Positions 1 through 7,668 of a stretch of 11,335 nucleotides of DNA are shown one piece after another; the stretch's first letter is position 1, and each line of letters begins with the position of its first letter. A model generated the notes under the pieces. The model worked only from the letters and a program-made list of their open reading frames with translations. It had not been told where the DNA came from and searched no databases. Origin of the DNA: a virus (Duplodnaviria; Heunggongvirae; Uroviricota; Caudoviricetes); IMG/VR virus record IMGVR_UViG_3300015174_000004, positions 1-11,335 of that record; one strand, 5' to 3'. The position numbers and the translations under genes were made by a program.

Positions 1-1077
1 GATGAATGGAACCAGCAGGAGGCCGCCCGCATTGCGACAGAAGCATACTCATCCTCAATGATCCAGCGCACCAACCAGATTAAAGAAAATCTTGGTTATC
101 TTGAGACTGCATGTAAAGCAGTCGCAAACTCCGCAAAATGGGCATGGGATTCCATGCTGGATATTGGCAGTGAGGCCTCCCTTGATCAAAAAATCTCAGA
201 TGTTCTACGTCAAATTGATGAAATAGAAAAAAATACCCGACCCGGAGTTTTCGGGTTAGGTGGCATTGGAGATGGCGGAGCTCAAAATAAAAAGCTGGCA
301 CGATTAAAGCAGCAATTGGGCGTACTTCAAGCAGAAAAAATTGCTCAGGACGTACTAAATTCATCAATAAACGATTACAACAAGCGACAACAGGAAGGAA
401 TTGAACTCAGACAGAGAGCAGATGCTTTTTCAAAACAATATCAGACCCGGGAGCAGCAGAGAGCTAGTGAACTTGCAAAACTGGAAAAGCTAAAGAATCA
501 GTATTCAAAGGAAGAATATAATAATCTTATCGCTCAAATAAATGAGCGTTATAAAGATCCAAAGCAACCAAAGGCGAAAGGTTATTCGGATGATGCTGCC
601 CAACGAGTGATTGATCATCTGAATCAACAGAATGCGTTACTAAGTTCACAAGCTGAATTGACCGTTAAATTAAGTTCCTCTGAACAGGAACTGGTTAAGT
701 GGCGTCAGCAGATTGCCGACCTGGAGTCACGACCGTCATCGAAATTAACCCAGGATCAGAAATCGCTTCTCTTACACCGGGAAGAAATAACCGCGTTGAT
801 GGAGAAAAATGTTGCGATTGAAAAAAATAACAGGCTAATCAAGGAATCCGCCGAAATAGCTGCATGGCGTGATTCATTGCAGGCTTCAATTGATAATCGT
901 CAGCAGGGGTATGATATTCAGATTGCTGGTTATGGGGTTGGCGATAAAAATCAGCAACGCCAGCAGGAATTACTGCGGATTGAACGTGAATATAACAATC
1001 AGCGTCTGCAACTTGAACGTGACTATGCAGATAAATCCCGTGGGATGTCAAATCATGTTTTTCAGGAGAAAATGTAG
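1..1077 (+). CDS. Phage tail tape measure protein, 5'-partial; reading frame is closed by an in-frame TAG at 1075-1077
   Basis: Frame 1 is open from base 1 (the gene starts upstream of the window). The translation is rich in Q/E/K/R with coiled-coil character, typical of tape measure proteins, and it sits immediately upstream of the M-L-K-I-J tail-tip genes. The region is AT-rich compared with L-J. Confidence 0.7.
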   Translation, partial: DEWNQQEAARIATEAYSSSMIQRTNQIKENLGYLETACKAVANSAKWAWDSMLDIGSEASLDQKISDVLRQIDEIEKNTRPGVFGLGGIGDGGAQNKKLARLKQQLGVLQAEKIAQDVLNSSINDYNKRQQEGIELRQRADAFSKQYQTREQQRASELAKLEKLKNQYSKEEYNNLIAQINERYKDPKQPKAKGYSDDAAQRVIDHLNQQNALLSSQAELTVKLSSSEQELVKWRQQIADLESRPSSKLTQDQKSLLLHREEITALMEKNVAIEKNNRLIKESAEIAAWRDSLQASIDNRQQGYDIQIAGYGVGDKNQQRQQELLRIEREYNNQRLQLERDYADKSRGMSNHVFQEKM

Positions 1078-1242
1078 GCTCTGAATGATGCTCTGGAACG
1101 AGAAAAAGAAATTGTCAGACAGAAAAACGAGCAGCTCGATATTCAGGCAGGAGACTGGGTTAGTGGTGCCTCCCAGGGATTCAATAACTGGCTGGATGAC
1201 ACTAAGGATATCAGTGAGCAGATAAAATCAACCACGACTCAG

Positions 1243-1812
1243 ATGTTTGATGGAATGACCGATGCGCTGGGTGATTTTGTCACGACAGGCAAGGCAAATT
1301 TTCGTTCTTTCGCTACTTCCGTGATTTCGGATCTTAGTCGAATAGCATTAAAGGCTTCAATTACTGGGATTTTCGACAGCATTAGTAACAGTTCTTCGGG
1401 GGGGATTTTAGGAACTATCGGGAGTGCTATTAGTAAATTTATTCCGAATGCAAAGGGCGGTGTTTATGAGTCTCCGTCATTGAACACGTATTCGAACGGT
1501 ATTTATGATTCCCCGCAATTTTTTGCTTTTGCAAAAGGGGCTGGTGTTTTTGGTGAGGCTGGTCCGGAAGCCATTATGCCATTAACACGAACTTCCGATG
1601 GTTCTCTTGGTGTCAGAGCTATTAATTGTAAAAGTGGTAATGGAGGCGGAGATATTACCTATGCCCCTGTATACCAAATCACTATTCAAAATGACGGCCA
1701 GAATGGAGAGATTGGCCCTCAGGCAATAAAAGCACTTATGGGGATGGTTGATCAGCGGGTGCAGGGCAATCTGTTAAATATGCGACGTGATGGGGGAATG
1801 TTAAGTGGCTAA
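1243..1812 (+). CDS. Tape measure protein C-terminal segment, same frame as 1-1077; the in-frame continuation actually begins at 1078 directly after the TAG
   Basis: Frame 1 has no stop from 1078 to the TAA at 1810-1812. The translation is Gly/Ser-rich and hydrophobic, as expected for a tape measure C-terminus. There is no Shine-Dalgarno sequence before the ATG at 1243, so independent initiation is unlikely. Together with 1-1077 this looks like one gene interrupted by one amber codon. Confidence 0.6.
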   Translation: MFDGMTDALGDFVTTGKANFRSFATSVISDLSRIALKASITGIFDSISNSSSGGILGTIGSAISKFIPNAKGGVYESPSLNTYSNGIYDSPQFFAFAKGAGVFGEAGPEAIMPLTRTSDGSLGVRAINCKSGNGGGDITYAPVYQITIQNDGQNGEIGPQAIKALMGMVDQRVQGNLLNMRRDGGMLSG

Positions 1813-2143
1813 TACGGAAGAATTTCACTGGTTACCAGAGGATGGAATGAAAACAGAAAATAAACCATCGATAAAAACTGTAAGATTTGGCGATGGTTAT
1901 GAGCAACGAAGTCCAAATGGACTTAATCATTCTCTGCGCGTTTTCACCTGTGATTTCAAAGTTGAGGCGAATGAACGTGATTCATTTGAAAAATTTTTAG
2001 CCCGGCATGAAGGCTATAAATCTTTTTTTTGGCGCCCGCCTGGTATTAACAGAAAAATCAGAGTGGTGTGTCGAACGTGGTCAGCGACAGAACATATCAC
2101 CTATACCGATTTTTCGTGTCAGTTTGACGAAGTGGTGATCTGA
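1805..2143 (+). CDS. M: Minor tail / tail-tip assembly protein, lambda gpM-like
   Basis: A 112-aa ORF with a GTG start at 1805, preceded by GGGGGAA, and overlapping the tape measure stop. It contains a VRFGDGY motif and has the size and position of lambda gpM. An alternative start is the ATG at 1847, which has a GAGGA upstream. Its stop TGA (2141-2143) overlaps the L start as TGATG. Confidence 0.75.
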   Translation: MANTEEFHWLPEDGMKTENKPSIKTVRFGDGYEQRSPNGLNHSLRVFTCDFKVEANERDSFEKFLARHEGYKSFFWRPPGINRKIRVVCRTWSATEHITYTDFSCQFDEVVI

Positions 2144-2841
2144 TGCAGGACATACAACAGGAAACGCTGAATGAATGCATTCGTGCGGAGCAGTCGGCCA
2201 GCGTGGTGCTCTGGGAAATCGACCTGACCGAGGTAGGCGGGGATCGCTACTTTTTCTGCAATGAGCAGAACGAGAAAGGAGAGTCTGTCACCTGGCAGAG
2301 TCGGCAGTATCAGGCCTATCCCATTCAGGGGAGTGGATTTGAGATGAACGGCAAAGGTGCCAGTGCAAGGCCAACGCTGAAAGTCTCTAATCTGCACGGC
2401 ATGGTCACCGGGATGGCGGAAGACCTGCAGAGTCTGGTCGGCGGAACGGTGGTCAGGCGTAAGGTTTACGCCCGTTTTCTGGATGCGGTGAACTTCGTCA
2501 ACGGAAACAGTGACGCCGATCCGGAGCAGGAGGTGATCAGCCGCTGGCGTATTGAGCAGTGCAGCGAACTGAGCGCGGTCAGTGCCTCCTTTGTACTGTC
2601 CACGCCGACGGAAACGGACGGTGCCGTTTTTCCGGGGCGCATCATGCTGGCTAATACCTGCACCTGGACCTATCGCGGTGATGAGTGCGGTTATCACGGT
2701 CCGGCGGTCGCGGATGAATATGACCAGCCGACATCCGAAATCACGAAGGATAAATGCAGCAAATGCCTGAGTGGCTGTAAGTTCCGCAATAATGTCGGCA
2801 ACTTTGGCGGCTTCCTTTCCATTAACAAACTTTCGCAGTAA
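2143..2841 (+). CDS. L: Minor tail protein L, lambda gpL-like
   Basis: A 232-aa ORF whose translation (MQDIQQETLNECIRAEQSASVVLWEIDLTEVGG... CSKCLSGCKFRNNVGNFGGFLSINKLSQ) matches lambda gpL as I recall it almost residue for residue. It includes the C-terminal Cys cluster. GC content rises abruptly at its start. Confidence 0.9.
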   Translation: MQDIQQETLNECIRAEQSASVVLWEIDLTEVGGDRYFFCNEQNEKGESVTWQSRQYQAYPIQGSGFEMNGKGASARPTLKVSNLHGMVTGMAEDLQSLVGGTVVRRKVYARFLDAVNFVNGNSDADPEQEVISRWRIEQCSELSAVSASFVLSTPTETDGAVFPGRIMLANTCTWTYRGDECGYHGPAVADEYDQPTSEITKDKCSKCLSGCKFRNNVGNFGGFLSINKLSQ

Positions 2842-2845
2842 TCCC

Positions 2846-3589
2846 ATGACAGAGACAGAATCAGCGATTCTGGCGCACGCCCGGCGATGTGCGCCAGCGG
2901 AGTCGTGCGGCTTCGTGGTGAGAACGTCGGAAGGGGAAAGATATTTTCCCTGCGTGAATATCTCCGGTGAGCCGGAGGATTATTTCCGGATGGCTCCGGA
3001 GGACTGGCTGCAGGCAGAAATGCAGGGTGAGATTGTGGCGCTGGTCCACAGCCACCCCGGTGGTCTGCCCTGGCTGAGTGAGGCTGACCGGCGGCTGCAG
3101 GTGCAGAGTGATTTGCCGTGGTTGCTGGTCTGCCGGGGGGCGATTCATAAGTTCCGCTGTGTGCCGCATCTCACCGGGCGGCGCTTTGAGCACGGGGTGA
3201 CGGACTGTTACACGCTGTTCCGGGATGCTTATCATCTGGCGGGGATTGAGATGCCGAATTTTCATCGCGGGGATGACTGGTGGCGTCACGGCCAGAATCT
3301 CTATCTGGATAATCTGGAGGCCACAGGGCTGTATCAGGTGCCGTTGTCATCAGCACAACCGGGCGATGTGCTGCTGTGCTGTTTTGGTTCATCGGTGCCG
3401 AATCATGCCGCCATTTACTGTGGTGACGGCGAGCTGCTGCACCATATTCCTGAACAACTGAGCAAACGAGAGAGGTATACCGACAAATGGCAGCGACGCA
3501 CACACTCCCTCTGGCGTCACCGGGCATGGCGCGAATCTGCCTTTACGGGGATTTACAACGATTTGGCCGCCGCATCGACCTGCGTGTGA
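2846..3589 (+). CDS. K: Tail-tip assembly protein K, lambda gpK-like, with an MPN/JAMM-type domain and an NlpC/P60-like domain
   Basis: A 247-aa ORF from the ATG at 2846, which lies 5 nt after the L stop. It has a JAMM-like motif (E...HSHPGGLPWLSEAD) and a papain-like Cys/His signature (TDCYTLF ... NHAAIY). A shorter alternative start is the ATG at 2990 (MAPEDW...). The six-frame ORF from 2771 overlaps L and is not the likely start. Confidence 0.8.
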   Translation: MTETESAILAHARRCAPAESCGFVVRTSEGERYFPCVNISGEPEDYFRMAPEDWLQAEMQGEIVALVHSHPGGLPWLSEADRRLQVQSDLPWLLVCRGAIHKFRCVPHLTGRRFEHGVTDCYTLFRDAYHLAGIEMPNFHRGDDWWRHGQNLYLDNLEATGLYQVPLSSAQPGDVLLCCFGSSVPNHAAIYCGDGELLHHIPEQLSKRERYTDKWQRRTHSLWRHRAWRESAFTGIYNDLAAASTCV

Positions 3590-4134
3590 AAACGGGGGCC
3601 GAAGCAGTCCGGGCGCTGACCACACAGCTTCCGGCGTTTCGTCAGAAACTGAGCGACGGCTGGTATCAGGTACGCATTGCCGGGCGTGATGCAGGTGAAA
3701 CTGAATTATCAGCCCGTCTTAATGAACCGCTGGCAAATGGTGCCGTGATCCACATTGTGCCGCGTCTGGCGGGAGCCAAAAGTGGCGGTCTTTTTCAGGC
3801 TGTGCTGGGGGCGGCGCTGATTGCGGTGGCATGGTGGAACCCTGCAGGTTGGTTGGGGGCTGCCGCAATTACAGGAATGTATGGTGCGGGGGCCAGTATG
3901 GTGCTCGGTGGTGTGGCGCAGATGCTGGCACCGAAAGCCAGAACTCCCCGTACACAGACAACGGATAACGGCAAACAGAACACCTATTTCTCCTCACTGG
4001 ATAACATGGTTGCCCAGGGCAATGTTCTGCCGGTTCTGTACGGTGAAATGCGCGTGGGGTCACGGGTGATTTCGCAGGAGATCAGCACGGCAGATGAAGG
4101 AGATGGTGGTCAGGTTGTGGTGATTGGTCGTTGA
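3487..4134 (+). CDS. I: Tail-tip assembly protein I, lambda gpI-like
   Basis: A 215-aa ORF with GAGAGAGG upstream of its ATG. It has a hydrophobic Gly/Ala-rich central segment and a C-terminus (YGEMRVGSRVISQEISTADEGDGGQVVVIGR) that resembles lambda gpI. It overlaps the 3' end of K by 103 nt in a different frame. Confidence 0.8.
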   Translation: MAATHTLPLASPGMARICLYGDLQRFGRRIDLRVKTGAEAVRALTTQLPAFRQKLSDGWYQVRIAGRDAGETELSARLNEPLANGAVIHIVPRLAGAKSGGLFQAVLGAALIAVAWWNPAGWLGAAAITGMYGAGASMVLGGVAQMLAPKARTPRTQTTDNGKQNTYFSSLDNMVAQGNVLPVLYGEMRVGSRVISQEISTADEGDGGQVVVIGR

Positions 4135-4151
4135 TGCAGAATGTTTTGTGT

Positions 4152-4173
4152 GAAACCGCCTCAGGGCGGTTTT
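4152..4173 (+). terminator. Perfect 8-9 bp hairpin (GAAACCGCC-TCAG-GGCGGTTTT) in the I-J intergenic spacer, followed by an interrupted T-tract; possible attenuator or RNA stability element
   Basis: The inverted repeat is read directly from the sequence between the I stop (4132-4134) and the J start (4195). The downstream T-run is interrupted (TTTTGTCGTTTCTGG), so termination would be partial at best. Confidence 0.3.
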
Positions 4174-4194
4174 GTCGTTTCTGGAGCGTGAGGA

Positions 4195-7100
4195 ATGGGT
4201 AAAGGCAGCAGTAAGGGGCATACCCCGCGCGAAGCGAAGGACAACCTGAAATCATCCCAGATGCTGAGCGTGATAGACGCCATCAGTGAAGGGCCGATTG
4301 AAGGTCCGGTGGACGGATTAAAAAGTGTGCTGCTGAATAGTACGCCGGTGCTGGACAGTGAGGGGAATACCAATATCTCCGGTGTCACGGTGGTGTTCCG
4401 GGCCGGTGAGCAGGAGCAGACACCGCCGGAGGGATTTGAATCCTCCGGCTCCGAGACGGTGCTGGGTACGGAAGTGAAGTACGACACGCCGATTACCCGG
4501 ACCATCACGTCTGCAAACATCGACCGTCTGCGCTTTACCTTCGGTGTGCAGGCACTGGTGGAAACCACCTCAAAGGGGGACCGGAATCCGTCGGAAGTCC
4601 GCCTGCTGGTTCAGATACAGCGTAACGGTGGCTGGGTGACGGAAAAAGACATCACCATTAAAGGCAAAACCACCTCGCAGTATCTGGCCTCGGTGGTGGT
4701 GGATAACCTGCCGCCGCGCCCGTTTAATATCCGGATGCGCAGGATGACGCCGGACAGCACCACAGACCAGCTGCAGAACAAAACGCTCTGGTCGTCATAC
4801 ACCGAAATCATCGATGTGAAACAGTGCTACCCGAACACGGCACTGGTCGGCGTACAGGTGGACTCGGAGCAGTTCGGCAGCCAGCAGGTGAGTCGTAATT
4901 ATCATCTTCGCGGGCGCATTCTGCAGGTGCCGTCGAACTATAACCCGCAGACGCGACAATACAGCGGTATCTGGGACGGAACGTTTAAGCCAGCATACAG
5001 CAACAACATGGCCTGGTGTCTGTGGGATATGCTGACCCATCCGCGCTACGGCATGGGAAAACGTCTTGGTGCGTCGGATGTGGATAAATGGGCGCTGTAT
5101 GTCATCGGCCAGTACTGCGACCAGTCGGTGCCGGACGGCTTTGGCGGCACGGAGCCGCGCATCACCTGTAATGCCTGGCTGACCACGCAGCGTAAGGCGT
5201 GGGATGTGCTCAGTGATTTCTGCTCGGCGATGCGCTGTATGCCGGTATGGAACGGGCAGACGCTGACGTTCGTGCAGGACCGACCATCAGATAAGGTGTG
5301 GACCTATAACCGCAGTAATGTGGTGATGCCGGATGATGGCGCGCCGTTCCGCTACAGCTTCAGCGCCCTGAAGGACCGCCATAATGCCGTTGAGGTGAAC
5401 TGGATTGACCCGAACAACGGCTGGGAGACGGCGACAGAGCTTGTTGAAGATACGCAGGCCATTGCCCGTTACGGTCGTAATGTCACGAAGATGGATGCCT
5501 TTGGCTGTACCAGCCGGGGGCAGGCACACCGCGCCGGGCTGTGGCTGATTAAAACGGAACTGCTGGAGACGCAGACCGTGGATTTCAGCGTGGGTGCTGA
5601 AGGGCTTCGCCATGTACCGGGCGATGTCATTGAAATCTGCGATGATGACTATGCCGGTATCAGCACCGGTGGTCGCGTGCTGGCGGTGAACAGCCAGACC
5701 CGGACGCTGACGCTCGACCGTGAAATCACGCTGCCATCCTCCGGTACCACGCTGATAAGCCTGGTTGACGGAAGTGGCAATCCGGTCAGCGTGGAGGTTC
5801 AGTCCGTCACCGACGGCGTGAAGGTAAAAGTGAGCCGTGTTCCTGACGGTGTTGCTGAATACAGCGTATGGGGGCTGAAGCTGCCGACGCTGCGCCAGCG
5901 ACTGTTCCGCTGCGTGAGTATCCGTGAGAACGACGACGGCACGTATGCCATCACCGCCGTGCAGCATGTGCCGGAAAAAGAAGCCATCGTGGATAACGGG
6001 GCGCACTTTGACGGCGACCAGAGCGGCACGGTGAATGGTGTCACGCCGCCAGCGGTGCAGCACCTGACCGCCGAAGTCACCGCAGACAGCGGGGAATATC
6101 AGGTGCTGGCGCGCTGGGACACGCCGAAGGTGGTGAAGGGCGTGAGCTTCCTGCTCCGTCTGACCGTAACAGCGGACGACGGCAGTGAGCGGCTGGTCAG
6201 CACGGCCCGGACGACGGAAACCACATACCGCTTCACGCAACTGGCGCTGGGGCGTTACACGCTGACAGTCCGGGCGGTAAATGCGTGGGGGCAGCAGGGC
6301 GATCCGGCATCGGTATCGTTCCGGATTGCGGCACCGGCAGCGCCTGTCACTATTGAACTGATACCAGGGTATTTTCAGATAACAGCGGTCCCGAAACTGG
6401 CTGTATATGACCCGACGGTGCAGTTTGAGTTCTGGTTCTCGGAAAAGCGGATTACCGATATCAGGCAGGTTGAAACCAGCGCGCGTTATCTTGGTACGGC
6501 GCTGTACTGGATAGCCGCCAGTAGCAATATTAAGCCGGGTTATGATTATTACTTTTATATCCGCAGCGTGAACACTGTTGGTAAATCGGCATTTGTGGAG
6601 GCCGTCGGTCGGGCGAGCGATGATGCGGAAGGTTATCTGAATTTTTATAAAGGGTTGATCAATAAAACGCATCTCGGCAAGGAACTGCTGGAAAACTTTG
6701 AGCTGACGGAAGATAACGCCAGCAAACTGGAGGAGTTTTCGAAAGAGTGGAAGGACGCTAACGATAAATGGAATGCCATGTGGGGCGTCAAAATTGAGCA
6801 GACCAAAGACGGCAAACATTATGTCGCGGGTATTGGCCTCAGCATGGAGGATACGGAGGAAGGCAAACTGAGCCAGTTCCTGGTTGCCGCTAACCGTATC
6901 GCGTTTATTGACCCGGCAAACGGGAATGAAACGCCGATGTTTGTGGCGCAGGGCAACCAGATATTCATGAACGACGTGTTCCTGAAACGCCTGACGGCCC
7001 CCACCATTACCAGCGGCGGTAATCCTCCGGCATTTTCCCTGACACCGGACGGGCGGCTGACGGCGAGAAATGCTGATATCAGCGGTAACGTGAATGCGAA

Positions 7101-7608
7101 CTCCGGGACGCTCAATAATGTCACGGTAAATGAAAACTGTACGATTAAGGGCATGCTGGAGGCGAACCAGGTCAGAGGTGACTTCGTTAAAACTGTATCC
7201 AAATCATTCCCGAAAAAGGCTGGTACGTGGGGTAACACGGAAACACCAAACGGGACGGTTACAGTCACCATTTACGATGATCATAACTTTGACCGCCAAA
7301 TCATTATTCCGCCCATTATTTTTAACGGTGTGGCGTATGACGATCCGGGGAGCGGTAATAACCCGGGAGGTACGCGATACACGGGTTATGGTTTTGAAGT
7401 TCGCAAAAATGGCGTATTAATCGCATCCAGAGAAACTAAAGGAGCCATTCCCGGTAGTTACAGTGCGGTTATTGATATGCCGAGTGGTGGTGGTAACGTC
7501 ACTCTGGAGTTTAAGATTTTCCAGAAAGGCAATCAGGGCGCAGGTAACATCACAGACTGTACGGTGATTGTGACCAAAAAAGCTGCTTCCGGTATCAGTA
7601 TCCGTTGA
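4195..7608 (+). CDS. J: Host specificity protein J (central tail fiber / tail tip), lambda gpJ-like
   Basis: A 1137-aa ORF with GGAG 8 nt upstream of its ATG. Its size, position after I, and N-terminal and central sequence are typical of lambda J. The last ~1 kb is visibly more AT-rich, consistent with an exchanged receptor-binding region. Confidence 0.9.
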   Translation: MGKGSSKGHTPREAKDNLKSSQMLSVIDAISEGPIEGPVDGLKSVLLNSTPVLDSEGNTNISGVTVVFRAGEQEQTPPEGFESSGSETVLGTEVKYDTPITRTITSANIDRLRFTFGVQALVETTSKGDRNPSEVRLLVQIQRNGGWVTEKDITIKGKTTSQYLASVVVDNLPPRPFNIRMRRMTPDSTTDQLQNKTLWSSYTEIIDVKQCYPNTALVGVQVDSEQFGSQQVSRNYHLRGRILQVPSNYNPQTRQYSGIWDGTFKPAYSNNMAWCLWDMLTHPRYGMGKRLGASDVDKWALYVIGQYCDQSVPDGFGGTEPRITCNAWLTTQRKAWDVLSDFCSAMRCMPVWNGQTLTFVQDRPSDKVWTYNRSNVVMPDDGAPFRYSFSALKDRHNAVEVNWIDPNNGWETATELVEDTQAIARYGRNVTKMDAFGCTSRGQAHRAGLWLIKTELLETQTVDFSVGAEGLRHVPGDVIEICDDDYAGISTGGRVLAVNSQTRTLTLDREITLPSSGTTLISLVDGSGNPVSVEVQSVTDGVKVKVSRVPDGVAEYSVWGLKLPTLRQRLFRCVSIRENDDGTYAITAVQHVPEKEAIVDNGAHFDGDQSGTVNGVTPPAVQHLTAEVTADSGEYQVLARWDTPKVVKGVSFLLRLTVTADDGSERLVSTARTTETTYRFTQLALGRYTLTVRAVNAWGQQGDPASVSFRIAAPAAPVTIELIPGYFQITAVPKLAVYDPTVQFEFWFSEKRITDIRQVETSARYLGTALYWIAASSNIKPGYDYYFYIRSVNTVGKSAFVEAVGRASDDAEGYLNFYKGLINKTHLGKELLENFELTEDNASKLEEFSKEWKDANDKWNAMWGVKIEQTKDGKHYVAGIGLSMEDTEEGKLSQFLVAANRIAFIDPANGNETPMFVAQGNQIFMNDVFLKRLTAPTITSGGNPPAFSLTPDGRLTARNADISGNVNANSGTLNNVTVNENCTIKGMLEANQVRGDFVKTVSKSFPKKAGTWGNTETPNGTVTVTIYDDHNFDRQIIIPPIIFNGVAYDDPGSGNNPGGTRYTGYGFEVRKNGVLIASRETKGAIPGSYSAVIDMPSGGGNVTLEFKIFQKGNQGAGNITDCTVIVTKKAASGISIR

Positions 7609-7629
7609 AATATTTATAACCCCAATACG

Positions 7630-7657
7630 GGCGCCAGAAATGGCGCCTTTTTTATTT
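7630..7657 (+). terminator. Rho-independent terminator downstream of J
   Basis: GGCGCC-AGAAAT-GGCGCC forms a perfect GC-rich stem and is followed by TTTTTTATTT. It begins 22 nt after the J stop. Confidence 0.65.
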
Positions 7658-7668
7658 GTGGAGTGAGT

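Noticed and set aside
1075-1077. TAG recoding (pyrrolysine or an alternative genetic code) as the explanation for the in-frame amber codon
   Set aside because: All other genes in the window end on standard stops, including TAA and TGA, and show no in-frame TAG. The context is a lambda-like enterobacterial phage, where such recoding is not known. A mutation or an error is far more likely.
2119-2847. A 242-aa ORF on the minus strand opposite L
   Set aside because: It is entirely antisense to the L gene, which closely resembles lambda L. This is a GC-rich antisense artefact.
4161-4568. A 135-aa minus-strand ORF overlapping the J start region
   Set aside because: It is antisense to the 5' end of J and the I-J spacer. 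There is no supporting signal and the composition is consistent with chance.
5287-6819. A 510-aa ORF on the minus strand inside J
   Set aside because: It is antisense to a strongly supported, conserved J coding frame in GC-rich DNA. Its translation is Arg/His/Cys-rich and low-complexity, typical of a spurious antisense ORF, and it has no recognisable start context.
7609-7668. A promoter for stf in the J-stf spacer (TTGAAA at 7614-7619)
   Set aside because: No properly spaced -10 hexamer follows the TTGAAA. The spacer is dominated by the terminator hairpin, so stf expression is more likely by terminator readthrough or from a promoter I cannot identify.
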